A DNA stretch of 64,000 nucleotides from Pseudomonadota bacterium (lineage in GTDB: Bacteria; Pseudomonadota; Gammaproteobacteria; Pseudomonadales; Moraxellaceae), in the NCBI GenBank assembly GCA_021804565.1, contig JAJZHK010000003.1:7043-71042 (forward strand). The letters are read 5' to 3'. Below, piece by piece: positions 50,230 through 57,638 of this stretch. Made by a program: the position numbers and the translations under genes. A model generated the notes under the pieces. The model ran no database searches. It saw only the letters and a list, made by a program, of their open reading frames with translations, and was not told the origin of the DNA. How positions within the stretch are numbered: position 1 is the stretch's first letter; every line of letters begins with the position of its first letter.

Positions 50230-52620
50230 CTAAGTCAGAATAGAAACAAATTCGCCAAGAACTCTTAAATTTTTTGCTTGATCTTCTGTTAGTGCCATGA
50301 CCTTATATCCAAGCGCACTGGTTTTCGGACGCAACACAATATTCGAGGAATAGAAGTTATAATCTTCGGCATTAACCTGCTCTCTATGATACTCCCTCAC
50401 CGCATAATGCCCGCCTTGTTCAACATCGATAATATCTCGATATTGTACCAGCACAATCTTCCCTTCGCATGATTCTCCAGAGCCAGATTTAAAAAGGCAC
50501 CATGAACCATTGGGAATACGTTTATTCATGGATTCGCCAAGAACTTGCGCAACAAAATACCCCTCGGCCATGCGGATATGACCTGGCAATTCTACCCAAT
50601 CAAAATCACCCGTCGCCAAGTATTCACTGAAGTCAGCCGTGGTTATTCTCAGATCATAAACAGGAACAGCATTGTCAAAGGGCCGTACATCTTGCCTGGG
50701 TAAAATACGCAGATTTAAATCAGGATACCTCTCTTGCAGAGTCATTTCATGAGATTTTTGGGTCTGCGCAAGCAGTTTCGAAAAATACGCATTGGTCTCC
50801 TGGTCTGTGCAAAAAATATAGCAACCTTTTTGTCCTCGCGTCATGAGTGCTCGATAGGTATTTTTAATAATTTCATCAATGACTACGGCGCTTTCTTCAG
50901 GATTTTCTTTCAACATCTTTTTGTAACCCTTGATGGTTTTATCTCGGCCATCGCGACTGCCCGCATCAGTCACAACCTGACCATGGCGAACGACCAGATC
51001 AGGACCAATAATGACGCCAACATAATCCACCTCCAGTCCTTGGCAGGTATGAATGCAGCCAATTTCACGCACTGACTCCGGCGAGATGATCCAGAGGCTC
51101 CCATCAGTTGATAGATTCCATTGCGCCTCAAAGCCATGCTCAGGAATTCTGATATCCATTGCATATCTGTCTTTCTTGCTTACCCACTTCCAGCAATATC
51201 CAGCTACCAGTCGAGCTTTATTGTTGATGGCATTTTTTCTGAATATTTCCTCCCGCAATTTAACCGGAGAATCGAATACCCTGAAATCATAATCAATGTT
51301 CTCTAGCGTCGAGTTGGCCGTCTCACGTATCTGTAGCGCGGCATCCAGCCATGCCAGGTAGCCATCAGAGCCATTACAGCGAAACTGCGATCTTAACTCC
51401 ATGCGATGAAGATTAGCATCCAGTTTATTAGACCAAAATTGAATTTCATCAAGAGAACCGACATCATTTAAAGTGACACGCTGCCTTTCATCAAGAAAAA
51501 AAACAGCAAGCTTTGATGCATTGATAATTTCTTTGATCTGGTTTTCACCATAATTGCCGTACAACCCTGACTTCTCATTGAGTCTGTGTGCCTCATCTAC
51601 AATAAGTGCATCAAAAAAGTCAGGAACCGTACCGATATAAGAGCCAGAGCCCTTGAACATATTATTTATTTTTGTTTTAGCCAGCGTTCCGGTCAGCTTT
51701 GCAGCAAATACTGCACGTGGTGCAGCATTCTTGGAAACATACTGTGTGGTCATTTCTCGCCTGGTCAGCTCAACCAACAAGTTGATGGCTACTACAGATT
51801 TTCCTGTACCCGGACCACCTTCGACAATCAAAACTTGTTTTCGACCTTTCTGCGCCTTATGCGCCAGATCAATAGCCGTCTCGTAAACCAGTTTCTGATC
51901 ATCGATCATCAGGAACTCCTGTTGACCGCTCAGCATAGCAGTAAGGCTATCAGCCAGCCCTTTGGAGGGTTTTATTCGGCCATGCTCGATACGGTACATG
52001 ATATTGTCGCTATCACCGTACTTGACATGTTTCTTAAGAAATTTAGACAGCTTTCTAGCATCTGAGGAAATAAAAACAGGCGCCTTACTGGTGTGCGCAG
52101 CATAGAAAGGATCATTAACCGCAGAGTCCACAGAAAGATTGTGCAGGTAGGCACAGGGCATGAGCCTTATGTCTTCATGACGGACTGTTTCATTATAATC
52201 TTCTATCAGGGCTGCATAAGTCCAGGCCTGATATGAAGGATGACTTGTTTCCCTTTCAGAACCAGCTAAAAAGGTGAGCACAACGCCATCCTTATGAGTT
52301 CTTTTTACTTCACTCCATTGCTTGAGTTCGATAATAATAGCGGTATCATGCCTGCTTTCATCCTTACCTGTCAGGATAAAATCGATGCGCTTGCTGGTTA
52401 GTGGCAAAACGTACTCAATAGAAACACCAGAGTCTTCAGGAATATCGGGATCAACCAGCACCTTAAACATGTACTGCATGGAGTTTTTCCATGAAAGCAC
52501 TTCATTTTTAGATGGGCGCTTGAATAATTTCCTTTCAAACTCAGAGAGAATGATGCTTTCTATGGCATTCATGCCGACATCTTCAATAAACTTTCCCTTG
52601 CTACCACTGTATACCAGCAT
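50230..52620 (-). CDS. Fusion protein: PD-(D/E)xK nuclease-like N-terminus + DUF2075/Schlafen-type P-loop ATPase (SF1 helicase-like) + C-terminal S24 LexA/UmuD-like domain
   Basis: Track ORF 50230..52626 starts at a TTG; the ATG at 52620 (MLVYSGSKGKFIEDV) lies 2 nt after the upstream stop. The N-terminus reads RIDFILTG..AIIIELKQW (D..E-x-K). ATPase motifs: Walker A VEGGPGTGKSVVAINLL, Walker B ALIVDEAHRL, AGYCWKW, and IHTCQGLEVDYVGVIIG. The last 148 aa align by eye to the LexA C-terminal domain (VPVYDLRITTADF / YFVAQVLGESMNKRIPNGSWCLF / GKIVLVQ / YAVREY / IVLRP / LRVLGEFVSIL). Confidence 0.85.
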   Translation of the reverse strand: MLVYSGSKGKFIEDVGMNAIESIILSEFERKLFKRPSKNEVLSWKNSMQYMFKVLVDPDIPEDSGVSIEYVLPLTSKRIDFILTGKDESRHDTAIIIELKQWSEVKRTHKDGVVLTFLAGSERETSHPSYQAWTYAALIEDYNETVRHEDIRLMPCAYLHNLSVDSAVNDPFYAAHTSKAPVFISSDARKLSKFLKKHVKYGDSDNIMYRIEHGRIKPSKGLADSLTAMLSGQQEFLMIDDQKLVYETAIDLAHKAQKGRKQVLIVEGGPGTGKSVVAINLLVELTRREMTTQYVSKNAAPRAVFAAKLTGTLAKTKINNMFKGSGSYIGTVPDFFDALIVDEAHRLNEKSGLYGNYGENQIKEIINASKLAVFFLDERQRVTLNDVGSLDEIQFWSNKLDANLHRMELRSQFRCNGSDGYLAWLDAALQIRETANSTLENIDYDFRVFDSPVKLREEIFRKNAINNKARLVAGYCWKWVSKKDRYAMDIRIPEHGFEAQWNLSTDGSLWIISPESVREIGCIHTCQGLEVDYVGVIIGPDLVVRHGQVVTDAGSRDGRDKTIKGYKKMLKENPEESAVVIDEIIKNTYRALMTRGQKGCYIFCTDQETNAYFSKLLAQTQKSHEMTLQERYPDLNLRILPRQDVRPFDNAVPVYDLRITTADFSEYLATGDFDWVELPGHIRMAEGYFVAQVLGESMNKRIPNGSWCLFKSGSGESCEGKIVLVQYRDIIDVEQGGHYAVREYHREQVNAEDYNFYSSNIVLRPKTSALGYKVMALTEDQAKNLRVLGEFVSILT

Positions 52621-52622
52621 AA

Positions 52623-52970
52623 TCAATATTCCGTGTATTTTTTTGAGCTGCCCCTTACCTTGTCTTCTGGGTATTTAGACTCATTTATTTTAATTTTTCT
52701 TGTCGCTGCCTCGAGCAGGTCAACATCCATCTGATCTGCCAGGCGCAGCAAATAAAGAAAAACATCTGCCATTTCCTCTACCGCAGCCTTACGTTGCTCC
52801 TGCGTCAGATGCCTTGACTGCTCCTCAGTGAGCCACTGAAATACCTCCAGCAGTTCGCCTGCTTCACCCGCCAAAGCCATAGACAAGTTTTTCGGGGAAT
52901 GAAATTGGCCCCAATCACGTGCCAGTGCGAATTTTCGAAGATTTTCTTTGATTTCATTGAGACAGTTCAT
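52623..52970 (-). CDS. MazG-like all-alpha nucleoside triphosphate pyrophosphohydrolase, DCTPP1 (dCTP pyrophosphatase)-like
   Basis: 115 aa. FALARDWGQFHSPKNLSMALAGEAGELLEVFQW..EEMADVFLYLLRLADQMDVDL..NESKYP..RGSSKKYTEY aligns by eye with human DCTPP1 (ERDWEQFHQPRNLLLALVGEVGELAELFQW..EELSDVLIYLVALAARCRVDL..NRRRYP..RSSSRKYTEL). The metal-binding E-x2-E and E-x2-D motifs are present. Confidence 0.85.
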   Translation of the reverse strand: MNCLNEIKENLRKFALARDWGQFHSPKNLSMALAGEAGELLEVFQWLTEEQSRHLTQEQRKAAVEEMADVFLYLLRLADQMDVDLLEAATRKIKINESKYPEDKVRGSSKKYTEY

Positions 52971-53343
52971 TGATTATGTCCATATCGCAGCAGATCATTC
53001 TTGTGCGGATGGAGTGTCTGGCCCTGCAACAAACCGCCAAACTCACAACCCACCCATGCCCAAGCTTCCCTTCATCACCCAATCCATATTTGCACACTTA
53101 ATCTATCAGCAAAAGTCATGCTGCAATCGCTGCAGAACATTTCCGGCAGAAAGCAGTTCTCATCAAGCGGTCATAGACACCCTGCAGAAGATGACTCTCG
53201 TCTTCTTGCGCTTAATATCGGCGTCAATCCATGAGCATACCATGATCCATAGATCTTCATAGCATCTCATACCCAGCATTGAGCAAGTCATGTCATAAAT
53301 AGCATGCCTGCATTTCGGATGAAAAGAGCACCCCTAAGCTAGC

Positions 53344-54060
53344 TCAGAGGCTATGCAGGGTGTCTGACCACCATAGCGCACACATTGCGATTTGGTGTGT
53401 GCGCTGACCCTTGTCTGATAAGCAGAGCGATCCATGCTCCAAGAGGCGCAGGAGTTCCATGAACACCTTGCCATTCAGTTTGCCTTCATGCACCATAAGT
53501 CGCTGCAAACCCTGAGCACTGATAGCAGACAACATCAAGCCCTCCGCTGGTGTCATTGCCACCGGAGTATTGTACGGTTGCCCCGGAACTCCATGCATAA
53601 CACGCAGAGCCCATGCCAGCTGCTCTGCCGTCTCGTTCTGCCAGACGCTCACCAGCTGAGCATCCCGTGGACCAACGCTATACGGCGACTTTTGAACCAT
53701 AGCCCCCATGATATGTATCAGCCGGCTGAGGAATGCGAGGGGGGTCAACTGCTTGCCAAATTTCATTGCGAGCTCTCTGCCGCCGCCCTGCTGACTTCAT
53801 CACCTAATTAAACTGTGTGGCACGAAGGACCCATCCTTCCGCATCTGTGCTAGCCCGCATATTCCTCTTCATTGCCCTTGGAGAGATACCCAGATAGAAA
53901 TACGCCTGCTCAGCCTCCTGAAGCAAAGGCTACCAACCACGTGGTGAGTGACCCGGCCTTTTTTATAATACCCGGTGACCGCATCAAGCGATCGGGCATC
54001 GAGATACCTGATGAAGCGTGTACTTTTGTAATCTGAACTGTGCAGATAGTGCTGAATCAT
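53344..54060 (-). pseudogene. Frame-disrupted remnant of a DDE (rve-like, IS3/IS481-type) transposase
   Basis: Two short minus-strand ORFs lie in different frames. ORF 53869..54060 contains LDAVTGYYKKGRV..FRRLSRRISIWVS, resembling the D-x-T-Y..D-x-x-SR-x-I-x-W region of rve integrase cores. ORF 53344..53766 begins with a ..LTPLAFLSRLIHIMGAMVQKS.. segment, resembling the region following HSD-x-G-x-QY. This is by-eye similarity only. Confidence 0.35.
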
Positions 54061-54884
54061 TACAGAGCACCATCATACCTGACATGCCTAATGCCAATTT
54101 TGTGGTTTTACTTTGTAAGACCCTAGTACGCACACTGTCTCAAAAGCGCCTCTGCGCTCAATAGCTACGGCATTGAAAGAGATTTTTGATGGGCTATTGG
54201 CTTTCCCGCCGGAAACCAGGGCCTTGGCCATGCCAAGAATAGGCACACCAACAAGTGCAATGGACACGGAAGGATGAGCTCCAAGCCATGCACTTAGAAC
54301 CTAGCTTATTGTGACAATCACAGACACAGCTGCTCCGGCATACCGACCGTGCTTGGTAATGTGATGGATTTCCAGGACAGTAAGAATGTTTGATTCAAAC
54401 ACACTCTCTTCAGAGGCTAAGCGGTGGGCTTGCTCTTGCTCTGTCATACGGAAAATGTGCTCAGCACCATCAGGAATTATTTGCCCAAATCCAGCCTAGG
54501 CCTCTGCAGGAGGCAATGGTCCTGACCAATTATGGGGTCTTGTGGGGGACTTACTTGCCGGCGTTGAGCCGGCTCTTCGCGCGCGATGACACGACGAAAA
54601 TCTCCCCCTACCCGCTCCCAGAGAGCTGCTCATGGCATTTCTGTCGCTACGAGCGACCGAGGATAACTCTATCGTATTGGCAACTGGTGGACTGGAGAAC
54701 AGCAGACCAGGAGCGACTACCCCCTGCCAGCAGGCTGCCCAGTAAGCGCGATTTTTTCCATGAAAAAATCCCATCCTGCCCGCTCTAGTGACATTAATCC
54801 CAAAAGGTACAAGCGCCACGAATAATGAATTGCTCATTGGGCAAGGCGCCAAAGACTTTTTATGGAGCGCTTAGAAAGAACAAA

Positions 54885-54975
54885 TGGCGGAGAGGGTGGG
54901 ATTTGAACCCACGGTAGGGGAAACCCCTACTTCGGATTTCGAGTCCGACCCGTTCAGCCGCTCCGGCACCTCTCC
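54885..54975 (-). tRNA. tRNA-Ser (anticodon CGA)
   Basis: The reverse complement is GGAGAGGTGCCGGAGCGGCTGAACGGGTCGGACTCGAAATCCGAAGTAGGGGTTTCCCCTACCGTGGGTTCAAATCCCACCCTCTCCGCCA. It folds into a cloverleaf with a 7-bp acceptor stem, anticodon loop CT-CGA-AA, a long variable arm (class II), T-loop GGTTCAAATCC, and an encoded CCA. Confidence 0.93.
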
Positions 54976-55022
54976 GCAAGGGCGCCAAAGATACCTGCTT
55001 CAGCGCCCGCTGACAAGTCATT

Positions 55023-55217
55023 TCACAGAGGAACGTCGTCGACCGTATCAGCTGCGGTCTGGATCGCCTTGTTGGCCGTATTACCAGCCACGGGGATGAT
55101 AGAAACCACCGCCCCGACCAGACGCATGGGCACGGTCACCAGCTTGGTCAGGAAGCAACCGCTGAGGCTGCTCGCCAGCAACCCCACGATCACCGCTCGG
55201 GTGGCCCACTGCACCAT
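55023..55217 (-). CDS. Small putative lipoprotein
   Basis: ORF 55023..55247. The internal start MVQWATRAVIVGLLASSLSGC gives a signal peptide with the lipobox LSGC. No functional motif was recognised. Confidence 0.4.
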   Translation of the reverse strand: MVQWATRAVIVGLLASSLSGCFLTKLVTVPMRLVGAVVSIIPVAGNTANKAIQTAADTVDDVPL

Positions 55218-55292
55218 CGTACGTTGACGCTGACTCGTAACATGCATCTTCTTCTCTCCCTGTATGAACGCTGTTGTCTGGCTTAGTCTAGC

Positions 55293-56012
55293 TCAGGCTC
55301 CATCAAACTGGATACCCAGTCGTGCGCCGACCTCTTCATAAGCCTCCACCACCCCACCGAGTCCCTGGCGGAACCTGTCCTTGTCGAGCTTCTTGCGGGT
55401 TTCTTTATCCCATAGACGGCAGCCATCCGGAGAGAACTCATCGCCGAGCAGAATCTCACCGTGATGCACACCAAACTCAAGTTTGAAATCGACCAGGAGC
55501 ATGCCTCCAGCCACGAACAGTTCGCGCAGCACCGCGTTGACCTGCATCGACAGCTCGCGCATACGGTCCAGTTGTGCCTGGGTGGCCCAGCCGAACGACA
55601 GGGCGTGCGATTCATTGATCATCGGATCGCCGAGGCCGTCGTTCTTCAGAAAAAGCTCATAGGTCGGCGGCGTCAAGGCCAGACCTTCCTCGATGCCCAG
55701 GCGCTTGCACAGCGAGCCTGCGGCGAAATTACGCACCACGCATTCGACCGGGATCATCTGCAGGCGCTTGACCAGGGCCTCGGTCGGGCCGAGCTGACGC
55801 ACAAAATGACTGGCGATACCCGCCGCTGCCAGCTTGCCCATGATGAAGCTGTTGAAGGTGTTGTTGACCCGGCCTTTACGCTCGAGCTGCTCAAGCTTTT
55901 GCCCATTGAAGGCCGAGGTGTCATCGCGGTACTCCATCACCAGCAAGTCTGCGTCCGTGGTCGCATAGACCGACTTGGCCTTACCTTTATAGAGCAACTG
56001 CTGCTTTTCCAT
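55293..56012 (-). CDS. purC: Phosphoribosylaminoimidazole-succinocarboxamide (SAICAR) synthase
   Basis: [37 protein letters not shown].. parallels E. coli PurC ([37 protein letters not shown]). The ATG at 56012 has a GAGAG RBS 6 nt upstream. Confidence 0.92.
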   Translation of the reverse strand: MEKQQLLYKGKAKSVYATTDADLLVMEYRDDTSAFNGQKLEQLERKGRVNNTFNSFIMGKLAAAGIASHFVRQLGPTEALVKRLQMIPVECVVRNFAAGSLCKRLGIEEGLALTPPTYELFLKNDGLGDPMINESHALSFGWATQAQLDRMRELSMQVNAVLRELFVAGGMLLVDFKLEFGVHHGEILLGDEFSPDGCRLWDKETRKKLDKDRFRQGLGGVVEAYEEVGARLGIQFDGA

Positions 56013-56024
56013 GATCATCTCTCT

Positions 56025-56639
56025 TTATGGGGTCGTCGCCGGCCAGGCTTTCTGGATACGCTGCAGAAGCGCTCGACTGAGCTCGGCGTCAGCGGGTGTC
56101 TCGTCATCATTCTGCAAGGCCAGCTGCCAGTTATCGACGCTGCGCGACAGGCGCATCTGGACATTCTCGGCGCCCTTGGCCGCCTTGGCGATGTGCAGAT
56201 AGATCAAGGCCAGCGACCTGTCCTTGTCCTTCACCGGCAGGTGCGCCCGCTCGGCAACCTGATTGAGCTGATCCCAGGTCAGATCGAAACCGGCACCGCC
56301 AATATAGAGCACCGGAAAGCCGTTGCCGTCTCGCCCCAAACTCAATTGCCAGTGCACGACCGCGCCCGGCACCTGGGTGGGGCCCTGGTCCGCGGCAGCA
56401 AGCACCAAAGGCTGCGGCGGCGGCAGCTCGTCCTTGCCGTGATGGACCTGGGTCTGCGCATGCGGCGACAGATCCGGCACCGGGAAAAGCTCCTGCGCTG
56501 GCCGCATCGTCAAGCCTGCCGGCGCCACCGGAGCGGGCGTCGACTTGGCCTGCAAGAACGCCGAATTCCGGTGAAAAAGGTAACAGCCGGCCAGCTGTGT
56601 CAGAACGAACACGAGAACCAGGGAAAGGCTCAGTCTCAC
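56025..56639 (-). CDS. Lipoprotein in the dapA-bamC-purC position (short BamC/NlpB-like candidate)
   Basis: 204 aa. The GTG start overlaps the dapA stop (GTGA). It has a signal peptide with the lipobox LAGC. The assignment rests mainly on the conserved gene order dapA-bamC-purC known from E. coli; the protein is shorter than E. coli BamC. Confidence 0.5.
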   Translation of the reverse strand: MRLSLSLVLVFVLTQLAGCYLFHRNSAFLQAKSTPAPVAPAGLTMRPAQELFPVPDLSPHAQTQVHHGKDELPPPQPLVLAAADQGPTQVPGAVVHWQLSLGRDGNGFPVLYIGGAGFDLTWDQLNQVAERAHLPVKDKDRSLALIYLHIAKAAKGAENVQMRLSRSVDNWQLALQNDDETPADAELSRALLQRIQKAWPATTP

Positions 56640-57511
56640 AATAGACCTGCCTGCTCGAGGGCGGCGCGTACGATGGGTTCTGACTCAGGCGTCATCCAGG
56701 TCAGCGGCATACGTATGCCGGTGTCGATACGACCCATGGCGTGCAAGGCCCACTTGACGGGAATGGGGCTGGACTCGATGAACAGGTCACGATGCAAGGC
56801 ACGCAACGGCGCATCGATACGCAGGACTTCGGCCTCGTCACCTTCCATCGCGGCATTGCACAAAGCCGACATCGCCGCTGGCGCGACATTCGCCGTCACC
56901 GAGATATTGCCACGTGCACCACGCAGCATGAGCTCGCCCGCTGTGGCATCGTCGCCCGAGTAGACGGCGATACGCCCCTTGAGCCCATGCATAAGCTCAA
57001 CGCCGCGCGCCAGCTGTCCGGTCGCATCCTTGATGCCAACGATACCGGGGACATCGGCAAGACGCCAGACCGTGGCATTGTGCAGGTCGACCCCGGTGCG
57101 CCCTGGCACGTTGTAGAGTATCTGCGGAATATTCACCTGCTCGGCGATGGTGCGATGATGGCGATAAAGACCTTCCTGGGTCGGCCGATTGTAGTACGGC
57201 GTCACCACCAGGCAGGCGTCGACGCCGAGCTGCGCCGCCGCCGCGGTCAGTTCCACGGCTTCTCGCGTCGAGTTGGCGCCGGTCCCTGCGATCACCTTGA
57301 TCCGGCCTGCCGCCACCCGCACCACCTCAGCGATGACACCGAGATGCTCTTCGACGTCCAGCGTCGCCGACTCGCCTGTCGTACCTACCGCGACGATGCC
57401 GTGTGTCCCCGACTGCACATGCCACTCGACCAGCCCCGCCAAGGCAGCTTCATCAACAGCCCCATCAGGGCGCATGGGAGTGACCATGGCCACCAGACTG
57501 CCCACTATCAT
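56636..57511 (-). CDS. dapA: 4-hydroxy-tetrahydrodipicolinate synthase
   Basis: MIVGSLVAMVTPMRPDGAVDEAALAGLVEWHVQSGTHGIVAVGTTGESATL parallels E. coli DapA (MFTGSIVAIVTPMDEKGNV..VSVGTTGESATL), with YNVPGRTG. The ATG at 57511 lies within track ORF 56636..57541. Confidence 0.92.
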   Translation of the reverse strand: MIVGSLVAMVTPMRPDGAVDEAALAGLVEWHVQSGTHGIVAVGTTGESATLDVEEHLGVIAEVVRVAAGRIKVIAGTGANSTREAVELTAAAAQLGVDACLVVTPYYNRPTQEGLYRHHRTIAEQVNIPQILYNVPGRTGVDLHNATVWRLADVPGIVGIKDATGQLARGVELMHGLKGRIAVYSGDDATAGELMLRGARGNISVTANVAPAAMSALCNAAMEGDEAEVLRIDAPLRALHRDLFIESSPIPVKWALHAMGRIDTGIRMPLTWMTPESEPIVRAALEQAGLL

Positions 57512-57638
57512 CAGAACGTCTCCACCCCTTAAAGGCGACATCTTACCGCCCGCCTGCGCTCAGGTGCAAATCGCAAATGCGCACGCAGGGCCTGGAGAAC
57601 ACGATACAATGAAAAAGACCCGCGTAAGGAGTTCTATC

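Larger units (their letters stand above)
49916..54884. mobile_element. Low-GC genomic island abutting the 3' end of tRNA-Ser; it carries the MazG-like / DUF2075 operon and decayed transposase fragments
   Basis: Hand counts on 60-nt lines give about 33-45% G+C inside the island versus about 60-66% in the flanks. The right border is the tRNA 3' end. The left border is approximate and could include the membrane-protein gene at 49526-49915. I found no intact integrase and no att direct repeat by eye. Confidence 0.55.

Noticed and set aside
53040-53343. Short minus-strand ORFs upstream of the MazG-like gene (for example the 42-aa MTCSMLGMRCYEDLWIMVCSWIDADIKRKKTRVIFCRVSMTA), considered as a third component or antitoxin-like partner
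   Set aside because: They have no RBS, no recognisable motif, and an irregular Cys/Met-rich composition. They are more likely residual sequence from the decayed mobile element.
54390-54852. ORFs 54390..54788 (+, 132 aa) and 54496..54852 (-, 118 aa) next to the tRNA, examined as possible integrase genes or fragments
   Set aside because: No tyrosine-recombinase motifs (R..H-x-x-R..Y) and no P4-type arm-binding N-terminus appeared in any frame I translated. The two ORFs overlap each other on opposite strands and have low-complexity composition.
54884-55099. ORF 54884..55099 (+, 71 aa)
   Set aside because: It is the antisense translation of the tRNA-Ser gene and the adjacent spacer.
57273-57638. 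The N-terminal 122-codon extension of the copA ORF in the track
   Set aside because: It overlaps the dapA coding region on the opposite strand and has Ser/Thr/Pro/Ala-rich low-complexity composition. A strong AGGAG RBS precedes the ATG at 57639, right before the HMA domain.
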